DNA of 41,809 bases from a virus (IMGVR_UViG_3300009095_000028:1-41809), one strand, 5' to 3'. Numbered from the stretch's first letter, positions 27,113-36,224 are shown. Program-made: numbers and translations. Notes: a model not told the origin generated them from the sequence alone.

Positions 27113-29215
27113 TTATCCCAATGCGGCGCCGAGCCGCCCAAAGGCATCGTATGTTCCCGTTTCGACGGGTGTAAAGCGAGCCCCCTGCTCGGGAGCGCGG
27201 ACCAGCGTGTTCTCCGGCCATTCGGCGGCCCATCCCGGAACGCTTGTCCAATCCCATCGCTCAAGGCCGAGGTGCAGGCATGTGGCGATGGCATACACGA
27301 GCAAGTCCCACGCCTCGTTTCGCCGCTTGCTGCCGAGCTTGACCCACCCCTTGTCGGTGCGGCGCTCGCCGGTCAACTCCACGAACCAGTCGTCTTCCAG
27401 CCAGTCCGGGTAGAGGATCGCTCCGCCGCCCTCGTCCTCTCGATCGAGGCGCCCGTTGAGTTCGTCTTTGATGAGGTTGGTGTTGATGAACAGCACGGGA
27501 ATCTCGCCGCGCGCGTTCGCCTCCTTGCCGCGCTTGTCGCCCGAGTCCGGGTACTCGATGCGGATGCGCGGGATACCGGGCTTGACCTCGCCCTTGAGCA
27601 GCAGGAAGCGATGGTGCAAGCCCTCGCGACGCAGCTTGCGCCAGAAGTTGTAGGCGTTCGCCGTGGTGCCTTCCTTACCGCCCGAGTCGCAGACCACGAG
27701 CTTGATCGCCATGAAGCCGCTGCCGTCCTCAAGCTCGTACTCGCGCAGGATGACCTCGTCGCGAACCAAGTCCCAATCTTCGAGGTAGGTGCCGGGCTTC
27801 ACCCATGCGTGCTCCTGCGTCCGCTCGTCGATGCGCGCGGACTTGATGATCGGGAAGCGGTCGATGACTTGGATGTCGTACAACGTGCCGTTGGGAATGA
27901 TCCCGTGGACCTGTACCTCCCATCGGTTCGCCTGTACGTCGACCTGCGCGATCAGGAAGCGAACGCCGTGCGGGACCAGCGGGCGGTTCTTGTCGCCCTC
28001 CTGCGCCGTGGGTGCCTGCACCGCGCGATCCTTCATCTCCTCCGGCGCGCGCATCGACTCGGTGCCGCGCGGGTAGTAGGGCTCGCCCTGATCGGTGTTG
28101 ACCGTCGACTTCAACGCCTCCTGCGATCCGGTGCGCTCGTACTCCTGCTCGGCGAGCAGATAGTTGAGCACCATCTTCTGCCACGTGATGAACGCCGCGG
28201 CCGGCCCCTTGAGCCAGAAGGTCGCGATGTCGGACCGCACCGGGTTGCCGGTGATGCGCCCGTCGCAGTCGATGAACTCGCCCTCCTTGACCCATCGACC
28301 GGCGAGGTTCATATCCTCCTTGCGGTAGTGCTCGATCGGCTTGCGGCAGGCCGGACATATCATGTGGACCGACTCGGCTGCAGCGACGATGTCGATCGTG
28401 TTGTCCCATTGCAGCAGCTTGAAGGACGGCTCGAAGAACTCGTTGCAGAACGGGCACGGCCAGAACCAGCGGCGGCGGTCGCCTCGGTTGTAGAGCGCGA
28501 GGATGCCGGGGCACGGTGGCGCCTCGTGCGGCGACGACGGAATCCACCGGGGGTCTTGCACCTCATGGCCGGGAGACGACTCGGCGAGCGTCATCGCGCT
28601 GCTGCCGAAGGTCGTCGTGCGCTTCCTCGCTAAGTCGAAGGGCGAGCCCTCGCCGTCGACGTTCTCGGGCATACGGTCGAGGTCGGTCAGCGCGACGCGC
28701 GGCACCGGGCGGCCGGACAGTTCATTGATCGACGGCCATGACAGCGACAGCATCATGCCGCTGCGGTAGTGCTTGTCGAAGACGTTGTCCTTGTTGCCCT
28801 TGAGCGCAAGCTCGCCGACCTTCGGCGAATGGCGGTGCAGTCGATCGACACGACGGATGGAGAAGTCGCGCGCTGTAGCCTGCGCGGTGTTCACCAGCAT
28901 CATATCCATCGGGTCGCACACGACGCTGTAGGTCAGCCAGTTGAGCAGCAGGGCGTCCGTCTTGCCGAGCTGCGCGCCGCCGACGAAGACGCACGCGTTG
29001 TAGTCCCGCGAAGTGAGCACGTCCTGCGGCTCGATCATGTAGGGGACTTTTTCGTTCTTCCAGTCGCCGGAATAGGCGCCGGGGTTGTGGAGCTTGCGGT
29101 ACTTCGCGGCAGCCTGCGAAACCGTCAGCCGCTCGGCAGGCCGGAGAACGTCGGCTGCCGCGCAAACGATCTCGCTCAGGGAGCGGTAGCGCGGAGGCCG
29201 GATGTCACTCATCAT
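27113..29215 (-). CDS. terL: Terminase large subunit (lambda gpA family)
   Basis: Walker A GAQLGKT, CPFC/CPAC zinc ribbon, VDVQ, DSGG and RNEAWDLLVYA nuclease motifs. Confidence 0.92.
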   Translation of the reverse strand: MMSDIRPPRYRSLSEIVCAAADVLRPAERLTVSQAAAKYRKLHNPGAYSGDWKNEKVPYMIEPQDVLTSRDYNACVFVGGAQLGKTDALLLNWLTYSVVCDPMDMMLVNTAQATARDFSIRRVDRLHRHSPKVGELALKGNKDNVFDKHYRSGMMLSLSWPSINELSGRPVPRVALTDLDRMPENVDGEGSPFDLARKRTTTFGSSAMTLAESSPGHEVQDPRWIPSSPHEAPPCPGILALYNRGDRRRWFWPCPFCNEFFEPSFKLLQWDNTIDIVAAAESVHMICPACRKPIEHYRKEDMNLAGRWVKEGEFIDCDGRITGNPVRSDIATFWLKGPAAAFITWQKMVLNYLLAEQEYERTGSQEALKSTVNTDQGEPYYPRGTESMRAPEEMKDRAVQAPTAQEGDKNRPLVPHGVRFLIAQVDVQANRWEVQVHGIIPNGTLYDIQVIDRFPIIKSARIDERTQEHAWVKPGTYLEDWDLVRDEVILREYELEDGSGFMAIKLVVCDSGGKEGTTANAYNFWRKLRREGLHHRFLLLKGEVKPGIPRIRIEYPDSGDKRGKEANARGEIPVLFINTNLIKDELNGRLDREDEGGGAILYPDWLEDDWFVELTGERRTDKGWVKLGSKRRNEAWDLLVYAIATCLHLGLERWDWTSVPGWAAEWPENTLVRAPEQGARFTPVETGTYDAFGRLGAALG

Positions 29216-29792
29216 CGTCGTCAGACCTTGTAACGAAATCATCGCGCTCATCGGAGAGCGGTGAATACAGCTCGAAGTCCTCGATCAACTTCTCGCGCAT
29301 CGAACCGAGCAGGCCATCGGCCATCTCGACGATGAGCTGCCGTTGCTTCTCGGTGATCTCTGTCCGGTCCGCAACGGTGTCGACGAACTGGTTGACGCTC
29401 TGCCTGAGCGTCTTGAACACGTCGACCAGCACTTCCATGACGGCATCGGTGCGCCACAGCTCGCCGTTGTCTTCGAGGTGCTTCTTGCGAGCGTTCGCGG
29501 CGTCCCAAAAGTTCTTCGTCAGCTCAGGAGGGAGCTTCTTCAGGGACGTGTTCTTGATGATCTCCGCGATGTCGACCGCTTCGGAGATGTCGATCAGGAA
29601 CGGCGCGATCTTCGGGACAGAGTACAGCTCCCGGCCGTCCGGCGTGATCGTGGGCAGGAGACCCTGCTTTGCGATCGCGCGCTTCACGGTGTTGATGTCG
29701 CGCGAGAACATCGTAGCGAGCGTGGACACCGTGCCGCCGATGCGGATCAGCTCGTTGCGCCCAACGTCGCCCTTGGACCCCTTAATTGACAT
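29205..29792 (-). CDS. terS: Terminase small subunit (DUF1441-like)
   Basis: N-terminal HTH, LPPELTKNFWDA and GELWRT motifs; immediately upstream of terL. Confidence 0.8.
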   Translation of the reverse strand: MSIKGSKGDVGRNELIRIGGTVSTLATMFSRDINTVKRAIAKQGLLPTITPDGRELYSVPKIAPFLIDISEAVDIAEIIKNTSLKKLPPELTKNFWDAANARKKHLEDNGELWRTDAVMEVLVDVFKTLRQSVNQFVDTVADRTEITEKQRQLIVEMADGLLGSMREKLIEDFELYSPLSDERDDFVTRSDDDDE

Positions 29793-30021
29793 CGTGCAGT
29801 CGCTCCCGAACCAATTCGTGCAGCCGATCGAGGGGGAGGCGATGAATCACGTCGATGTGGTTCCTCATAGACTCCGGTATGGCCCCTTCATCCTTCCGGT
29901 AGTTCGAGTAGGCGGAGTAGCTCACGCCGAGGACTCGCGCGCACTCGGAGGGAGTGCGCACGAGGTGTTCCTCAAGTCGGCGGATCAGCGCCGCCGGCAC
30001 CTTGCTACGGGAAGAAGCCAA
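29782..30021 (-). CDS. HTH DNA-binding protein (start uncertain: TTG 30021 or GTG 30000)
   Basis: PSECARVLGVSYSAYSNYR helix-turn-helix; the longer ORF overlaps the helicase so start was re-called. Confidence 0.7.
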   Translation of the reverse strand: MASSRSKVPAALIRRLEEHLVRTPSECARVLGVSYSAYSNYRKDEGAIPESMRNHIDVIHRLPLDRLHELVRERLHDVN

Positions 30022-30056
30022 GTCTTTCTCACAAATCTTGCGAGCCCTTTCACACA

Positions 30057-30085
30057 GAGTAGCTTCCCGCTCACAAAACCTGCAA
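30057..30085 (-). promoter_or_regulatory. Putative promoter for HTH-terminase-structural operon
   Basis: TTGCAG-18 nt-TACTCT on - strand, overlapped by repeated CTCACAA sites. Confidence 0.45.
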
Positions 30086-30107
30086 GCTCTCCGACAATTT
30101 TCGACGG

Positions 30108-31478
30108 CTACGCCGTCTGAATGATCTCCCGCACCTTCTCCTTGAGGGCGTCCAGCAGGGCGTTCTGATCGCTGTCCTTGTTCCTGATCGCCTTCATCAC
30201 CGTCTCGTCGATGGTCCCTCGGGCGATCAGGTGGTGGATGATGACGCTCTTTCGGGTCTGCCCGTGCCGGTGGATTCGCTTGTTGAACTGCAGGTAGTTC
30301 TCCAAGTTCCACGTCAGGCCGTACCACGCGATCGTACCGCCCCCAAACTGCAGGTTGAGCCCGTGGCCCGCCGATTGCGGGTGCGCGAGCAGAAGCGGAA
30401 TCTCGCCCCGGTTCCATTCGTCGATGACCGAGGTGTCCTTGCCGAGCAGGCGGGCTTCCGGGAACGCGGCCTTGATCGCGCGAACGACCGATTTGAAGTT
30501 GTAGGCGACGAAGACGTTGTCGCCGTTGGCTTCCTCGATGACCTCGCGCAGCGCCTCGATCTTCTCCTCGTGGAACCGGGTCTCGTTGCGCTCCGCGTCA
30601 TAGACCACGCCGTTCGCGAGCTGCAGGAGCTTTTGGTACAGCGCCGACGCCGACAACGCTTCCAGCTCGGCGCCATCCTCCATTTCGAGGATGAACTCGC
30701 GCTCGAACCGCTTGTACTGCTCCATCACCTTCGGCGGCAGGTCGATCTCGATGAGGTTGTCGAGTCGCTTCGGCAGCTCAAGGTAGTCCTCGCTCTTGAG
30801 CGTGAAGCAGATGTCCTCAATACGGCGCAGGATCGAGGTTTGCGCGTGCTTGAGCGGGCGCCGCTTCTCGCCGTGGAACGCGGGTCTGAACCATCTGTCG
30901 TAAAAGTCCTTCTGCCTATGCCCTAGCCGCGCACCGCGGTCGAGCAGGTAGATTTGCGCCCACAGGTCTTGGAGGCCGTTTGCCATCGGCGTGCCAGTCA
31001 GCAGCACCAAGTAGCGAACGTCTTTCGACAGGATGCGCATCGCCTTCGAGCGGCGCGATCCATGGTGTTTGAACTTCGAGGACTCGTCGATGAAGATCGC
31101 GTCGTAGGGGAAGTCCTTGCCCTCGAACTCCTCCAACAGCCAGTGGACGCTATCGCAGGTAACGAGGTGCAGGTCGGTCGGCTGCTGAAGGAGCTTCCGC
31201 CGCTTCTTCGGCGTGCCCACGATCACGGTGTGCGTGAGCTTGCGGGTGTGTGACCAGTTCTTGACCTCGTCCGGCCACGTCTTCTTGACCACGCGCTGCG
31301 GACCGATGATGAGCGCACGCCCGATGTCCATCTCGGCGGCGAGGTCGGCGATCGCGGTAAGCGAGATCGCGGTTTTCCCTAGTCCCATATCAACGAACAG
31401 CGCGCACTTCCGCTTCTCCTTGATGAAGCGGACACCGGCACGCTGGTAGTTGCGAAGGTCGGATCGAAGGAGGGTCAT
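30108..31478 (-). CDS. SNF2-family (SF2) helicase
   Basis: DMGLGKT, IDESS, LTGTP, SAGHGLNLQ and QFNKRIHRHGQ motifs. Confidence 0.92.
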   Translation of the reverse strand: MTLLRSDLRNYQRAGVRFIKEKRKCALFVDMGLGKTAISLTAIADLAAEMDIGRALIIGPQRVVKKTWPDEVKNWSHTRKLTHTVIVGTPKKRRKLLQQPTDLHLVTCDSVHWLLEEFEGKDFPYDAIFIDESSKFKHHGSRRSKAMRILSKDVRYLVLLTGTPMANGLQDLWAQIYLLDRGARLGHRQKDFYDRWFRPAFHGEKRRPLKHAQTSILRRIEDICFTLKSEDYLELPKRLDNLIEIDLPPKVMEQYKRFEREFILEMEDGAELEALSASALYQKLLQLANGVVYDAERNETRFHEEKIEALREVIEEANGDNVFVAYNFKSVVRAIKAAFPEARLLGKDTSVIDEWNRGEIPLLLAHPQSAGHGLNLQFGGGTIAWYGLTWNLENYLQFNKRIHRHGQTRKSVIIHHLIARGTIDETVMKAIRNKDSDQNALLDALKEKVREIIQTA

Positions 31479-31792
31479 GCGTAGGGGTTATGTTTGTCGA
31501 GCACGCGCTTGGCGTCCTCTACGTTGTCGATGACATACACCTCGAAGCCGCGAGCGCGCAGCTTCCGGTGCTCTTTCTTTTGCGCGGCGGTGGCCTTCTC
31601 GCCCGGCCGCTTGAACTCGATGAAAATGATCGTTCCGAAGTCGTGCAGGCACATCCGGTCCGGGACCGAACGGCGGGCCGGGGAGGTGAACTTCATCATC
31701 TCCCACCCGGTTGACTTGCCGTAGCGGCACGACTTGCCTTCGATCTCTTTTTCGAGCGGCCGCGTGTCGCGCCGCTTTGGGATCATCACCAT
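31475..31792 (-). CDS. VRR-NUC domain nuclease
   Basis: EKEIE...KFTSP.RRSVPDR...FIEFKRPG...Q PD-(D/E)xK motif. Confidence 0.88.
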   Translation of the reverse strand: MVMIPKRRDTRPLEKEIEGKSCRYGKSTGWEMMKFTSPARRSVPDRMCLHDFGTIIFIEFKRPGEKATAAQKKEHRKLRARGFEVYVIDNVEDAKRVLDKHNPYA

Positions 31793-31797
31793 TCGGG

Positions 31798-33771
31798 TCA
31801 GTCCTTCTTGAAGCGCGGGCCTTCCCAACCCTCGCCGTCGATAGGCAGGCCGGCGGCCCATGCGGGGGTCTGTCGGATGATCGACACCATCTCCTCCACG
31901 CTGCCCTTGCCATATGGCATCAGCGAGAGGAACTCGTCGTGGATGCGCATACGCAGCTCGTAGCCCGCTTCTTCAAGCGAGAGGCAGCCGTGCCGCATGA
32001 TGTCCGCCGCGGTGGCCTGCACGCTCGACTGGTAGAAGCTGCTGCCGATGATCTTGGAGCGTTGCCACTTACGGGTGAAGGTGTCGATGCCCATCGCGGT
32101 CACGACTTCCTTCATCTCGCCCCACGGCGCCATCTGTTCTTCCACGCGGGGCCGGAACCAGCGGAGGACGCGTCCCGAAGGCAGGCGCATCATCAAGAAG
32201 CGGTTGTTGCTCTTGAACACGAGATGCTCGCCGACCGGGAACTGTCGACCGGGGTTGTTCACCGCCGCGATCGCCGCGTCGCCGCAGGCGTACCACATGC
32301 GGACGATCGGCCTGTATTCCGCTCGGAACAAGTCGATTGCGCGCTTCGCCTCCTCCTCGGTCAATATCACGCCGTACTTCTTGGCGTAGTCGATCATGCC
32401 CCTCCACCCTTGGCCGAAAATGCCGCCGAGGATGATCGGCTTCGCGAACTGCCGCTGATCCTTCGTGACATCGTCGTAGGGCACGCCGAACTGCGACGAG
32501 TAGAACGTCTTGTACTCGTCGAGCCCTTGCTCGAACATGCGCAACTTCTTGCGGTGCCCGGCGATCCACGAGCCGACGCGGTTCTCGATCGAGGAGTAGT
32601 CTACGTCGAGCCATCGGTAGCCCGGAGGGGCTTTCAGCACGCCGCGCACGCACGCCACGGCGGCGTCCATGGTCTTGTCGCCGAAGACGAGGTTCGCCCA
32701 CTCCCAATCGCCTGTGCCGAGCGTCTCGTGCGCGAGGTCAATGTCGATTCCGCGCGGCGCCTTGGCGACGTTCTGCGTATTGAGGCCGCGGCTCGCATCT
32801 CGGCCCGTTGACGCGCCGTGGTAGACGATCTCACCCTTCAGCGTGCCATCGCTGCACAGGCGCGCGAGCATCGTGTCGTACTTGGCGATGGACGCCTGAT
32901 TGATCTCGCTGTGAATCTCGATGACACGGCGCACGCGCTTGGGCAGCTCCTTTTCCAGCAGCGCGGCCACGTGCTCCTTGTCCAAGCTGCCGACCGGCAC
33001 GCCTTCCGAACGAATCCAGCTCTTGAGCTGTTCGAGCTTCGACATACTCTCGAAAGCACCGCCCGCGATCTTGCGAGCCCGGCGGTTGAGGTGCGCTTTC
33101 TCCTTCTCGACGACCTTCTTGATCCGCTTCACTTCGTCGGCATCGACCGGAACGCCGCGCTGGTTGATCTTCTGCGTAATCAGCCAGAACTTGCGCTCAC
33201 TCTCAGGGAGTTGCTTGAGCCTGCTGGCGACGGCGCGCTCGGCGACCACGTCCTGCCCGCAATACTCGTACAGCTCCTTCAGCAGCGCCGGGTCGTCGAC
33301 GAAATATTCCTCGATCGGCAGCCCGCCCTTGCGCCTGATCTTCGGCTTGCACAGCCGTTGGATCAGGTACGCACCGCGCTTGTCCTTCAGCTTGTCGACG
33401 GGCAGCCCGATCTCCTTCGCGCACACCCCGAGGGCTTGCGGCAGGTTCATTGCGGCGGCACGTGCCATGGTGTCGTCGGCCTGCTCGTAGCTGATCGTCG
33501 GCCAGCCGAACATGCGTCGCGCGACGTGGTTCCAGACCGGGATGTCGAACCCGCCAATGTTCCAGCCGGAGACCGTGCCTCCGCGCTCGATGTGATCGAG
33601 GAACGACTTGGGTTCGGGGCGGCCCGGATACCACACCTCGGGCTCACCGTCGTCGAACGCCCATGCGAAACACAGGATCGTGGTCGACTCGTCTTCCGCG
33701 TATCGGTATGACCCTGCTTTCTTCAGGTCGACGCGGGACCGAGTCTCGATGTCCCACCCTGCAACGGTCAT
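31798..33771 (-). CDS. DNA polymerase, family A, with 3'-5' exonuclease
   Basis: ExoI DIET, ExoII NIGGFD, ExoIII YCGQD; motif A DYSSIE, motif B RQFAK, motif C IHDE; AGGAG RBS before MTVAGWD. Confidence 0.93.
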   Translation of the reverse strand: MTVAGWDIETRSRVDLKKAGSYRYAEDESTTILCFAWAFDDGEPEVWYPGRPEPKSFLDHIERGGTVSGWNIGGFDIPVWNHVARRMFGWPTISYEQADDTMARAAAMNLPQALGVCAKEIGLPVDKLKDKRGAYLIQRLCKPKIRRKGGLPIEEYFVDDPALLKELYEYCGQDVVAERAVASRLKQLPESERKFWLITQKINQRGVPVDADEVKRIKKVVEKEKAHLNRRARKIAGGAFESMSKLEQLKSWIRSEGVPVGSLDKEHVAALLEKELPKRVRRVIEIHSEINQASIAKYDTMLARLCSDGTLKGEIVYHGASTGRDASRGLNTQNVAKAPRGIDIDLAHETLGTGDWEWANLVFGDKTMDAAVACVRGVLKAPPGYRWLDVDYSSIENRVGSWIAGHRKKLRMFEQGLDEYKTFYSSQFGVPYDDVTKDQRQFAKPIILGGIFGQGWRGMIDYAKKYGVILTEEEAKRAIDLFRAEYRPIVRMWYACGDAAIAAVNNPGRQFPVGEHLVFKSNNRFLMMRLPSGRVLRWFRPRVEEQMAPWGEMKEVVTAMGIDTFTRKWQRSKIIGSSFYQSSVQATAADIMRHGCLSLEEAGYELRMRIHDEFLSLMPYGKGSVEEMVSIIRQTPAWAAGLPIDGEGWEGPRFKKD

Positions 33772-33786
33772 GCGGTCTTGCTCCTG

Positions 33787-33822
33787 AAACGAAAAGCCCC
33801 GGTAGGCGAACCCACCGGGGCT
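33787..33822 (-). terminator. Intrinsic terminator immediately upstream of DNA polymerase RBS
   Basis: AGCCCCGGTGGG-TTCG-CCTACCGGGGCT followed by TTTCGTTTC on - strand. Confidence 0.8.
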
Positions 33823-33868
33823 GGTTCCGGGCAGAACCCGCCTGCCGCTGGTGTAGCAGGCGGAAACT

Positions 33869-33898
33869 ACCCTAGATGACCCCAAGTGGAGGCGTCAA
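33869..33898 (-). promoter_or_regulatory. Putative sigma70 promoter downstream of SSB gene
   Basis: TTGACG-18 nt-TAGGGT; -35 overlapped by a 17-bp palindromic site. Confidence 0.45.
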
Positions 33899-33912
33899 CT
33901 GACGGTTGAGTG

Positions 33913-34533
33913 TCAGTCGAAATCGTCGTCATCGTCGAAATCGTCGTCATCATCCTGACGCGACTTCGCCTTGGACTTCGCCTTCGAGGAGCCATCGTCC
34001 TCATCGTCGAAGTAATTCGAGGCGTCGACCGGCTCCTCGCCGAAGCGTTCGCCGTCCTTGTGGAACTGCACGCCGACGAGATTCGCGTTGACGCGCTTAC
34101 CGTACTTCGGGTGCTGCTGCTTCCATGGGCGGATCAGCGCGTGGACGTAGCAGCCTGCGTAGACGATGTCATCTTCCTCGGTGATCGGCGACTTGTCCTT
34201 GTGGAGCACCTGCGGACGGCGCTTGGAGTCGGACGCGGAAACGACCCACGCCCCTTCTTGCTCCTCCTTGCCGCTGTCCTCGCCGTCCTTGAAGAACAGC
34301 TTGTCGCCGCCGATCTTGCCCTCGAACCACTCCTTCTGCAGCTCTACGAGGTGGCGACGCAGCGCCTTGATCTCCTCTGCGTGAGTCTCCTTGTCGAGCA
34401 GGAACTTCGCGCTGTAGCGCCCCTTGGCTTCGTCATCCCCCTCCATGACGAACTTCTCGAACAGGTGGGGATAGGACAGGCGCACGTTCTTGATGAGGAT
34501 GGTGCCGTCGTCGTTGATCTTCAGGTTCTTCAT
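33913..34533 (-). CDS. ssDNA-binding protein (DUF2815, T7 gp2.5-like)
   Basis: NVRLSYPHLF, YAGCYVHA and NLVGVQFHKDGERFG motifs; acidic tail ending DDDDDFD. Confidence 0.88.
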   Translation of the reverse strand: MKNLKINDDGTILIKNVRLSYPHLFEKFVMEGDDEAKGRYSAKFLLDKETHAEEIKALRRHLVELQKEWFEGKIGGDKLFFKDGEDSGKEEQEGAWVVSASDSKRRPQVLHKDKSPITEEDDIVYAGCYVHALIRPWKQQHPKYGKRVNANLVGVQFHKDGERFGEEPVDASNYFDDEDDGSSKAKSKAKSRQDDDDDFDDDDDFD

Positions 34534-34574
34534 CTTTCAGTTTCTCGTCTTAGGGTTGTTGGTACTACGGTGTG

Positions 34575-35810
34575 TCAGTCGTCGCTCTCGTCATCGAAGT
34601 GACTCGACGCTACGGCTGCGTTGTCGCCCTCCCATTTTGGCCGCGGGTCATCCGCGTCCACGATGGTAGGCTTTCCGGGCTTCTTGTCAGCAAGCACCGA
34701 AACGATCGGCCGGTCGCCCTTTGATAGCAGCTTCTCGGCCTGTGCCGGGGAGATCATCTCCCGCGGCTCGTAGAGCTTATCCTCGTCGATGTAGAGCGCG
34801 AGGTCATCGCGCACCTTGTCCGGGTTCGGCCAGTAGCGCACGCTCCGGCCCGCGACCAGCTTGAGTCCCGGCACGCTGTCCGGGTCGCGCGAGAGCCGCG
34901 TCGCGATGTCTGCCTCGACCGCGCCGATCCACAGCTTGAACAGCCCGCGCATCTTGAAGATTTCCACGGCGCGTTCGAGCGTCAGGAACTCGGCTTCGAG
35001 CTTCACATCGTCGCGGCTCGCATCTTCCTCAAAGTCGAAGTAATCGAGCACCTTGTCGGCGAGCGCCTTGCATTTGTAGGACACGCGGCAGAACTTGCAC
35101 GCCTGTTCGGTCGGGCCGAAGGGCGGGTTCTCGCCATGCGCGATCGCGAACCGCTCCTTGATGAACTCGCCGATCTGCAGTAGCTCCGCCTTTGTCGTCT
35201 CCCACACGTCGAAGTGGCCGAGACGCGGCTGCGCGATGCGGATCACGACCTCGTCGAAGTTGTACTCCCAATCGTACTCGTTGATGACGCCGAGCGCGTA
35301 TAGGATCGCCTGATAGTTCCGCTCCGCGTAGACCTGCACGCCGCGGCCGTACTTGAAGTCGGTGATGACGAGCTTGCCGGGTTGGCAGGCGAAGTGGTCC
35401 GCCGTGCCGAACTGGTCCGGGATCGGGCACCACGGGGAGATGTTGACCCGCTTCTCGATGAAGTGGTCGCCGGGCACCTCGCGGCACCACAGCACCGACT
35501 CCTCGACGTAGTTCAGCATCCCTTCGTCGACGAACAGGTCGCGCTCGGTGCCAATCTCGTGCCGGAGAAGCTGCCATTCTTGCGAGGTCAGCTCGTTATG
35601 CGGGATGAACGACCATGGGCGCTTGCCGAGGAACTGCGCCGGGCGCTTGCCCGTCAGCAGCCATTCCTCGTGCAGCCAGTGGGCGACCGTGCCTTCGACA
35701 GCCTCGTACCCTGCGTCATCGGCGACGCCGTCGCACGCCTGCAGGGAGGCCGGGCAGTCGATGATCCGATGCGCCGAGGAAGGCGAGAAGCGAGCGTGCA
35801 GGCCGCTCAT
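34575..35810 (-). CDS. DUF2800 Cas4-like PD-(D/E)xK exonuclease
   Basis: HARFSPSSAHR..CPAS, EGTVAH, FGTAD, DFKYGRG, Q.ILYALG and CKFC...C motifs. Confidence 0.88.
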   Translation of the reverse strand: MSGLHARFSPSSAHRIIDCPASLQACDGVADDAGYEAVEGTVAHWLHEEWLLTGKRPAQFLGKRPWSFIPHNELTSQEWQLLRHEIGTERDLFVDEGMLNYVEESVLWCREVPGDHFIEKRVNISPWCPIPDQFGTADHFACQPGKLVITDFKYGRGVQVYAERNYQAILYALGVINEYDWEYNFDEVVIRIAQPRLGHFDVWETTKAELLQIGEFIKERFAIAHGENPPFGPTEQACKFCRVSYKCKALADKVLDYFDFEEDASRDDVKLEAEFLTLERAVEIFKMRGLFKLWIGAVEADIATRLSRDPDSVPGLKLVAGRSVRYWPNPDKVRDDLALYIDEDKLYEPREMISPAQAEKLLSKGDRPIVSVLADKKPGKPTIVDADDPRPKWEGDNAAVASSHFDDESDD

Positions 35811-36109
35811 TTGTCGTTGAACCTGTCCCACCCGAGGGGCGCCTGAAACGGGCCGTACCATCGGGTGTCGGGGTGACCGTAATCGGTGCCGATCAGGTCG
35901 AACTCGCCCGTCAGCGCGCGCACCTTCCCGTTCGGGGTGATACGCGGGTCAGGCGGAATCACGTGGACGACCTCGGGCGCCAGAAAGCCGGGCCGCTGCG
36001 TCCAATACCAGCCGGTTGCGCCGGGCAGAAGCCCCGGCTTCAGCGCGCCGTTCGCCGTGTCGCGGGCGAAGCGCGTCTCTTGCACTTCCGTAGTCGCCGT
36101 CTCAGTCAT
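35807..36109 (-). CDS. Hypothetical protein
   Basis: 100-aa ORF whose stop overlaps the next start (ATGA). Confidence 0.65.
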   Translation of the reverse strand: MTETATTEVQETRFARDTANGALKPGLLPGATGWYWTQRPGFLAPEVVHVIPPDPRITPNGKVRALTGEFDLIGTDYGHPDTRWYGPFQAPLGWDRFNDK

Positions 36110-36224
36110 CGTCTTCGTCGTCTTGTCAGGTAGAACCGCGAGGGGGCAGGGGAGGTACCCCCTCGCGGCGTTTGGACAGGCAGGAGTCGGGCCTGTCCGA
36201 ACTCAGCTCAACGCGATGTTGAGT

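Noticed and set aside
30022-30417. N-terminal extension of the 211-aa ORF 29782-30417
   Set aside because: Overlaps the helicase out of frame and crosses a promoter/operator-like region; only the C-terminal HTH part is credible
34575-35810. Cas4-like nuclease as a sign of a CRISPR system
   Set aside because: DUF2800 next to DUF2815 SSB and PolA is a standard phage replication/recombination module
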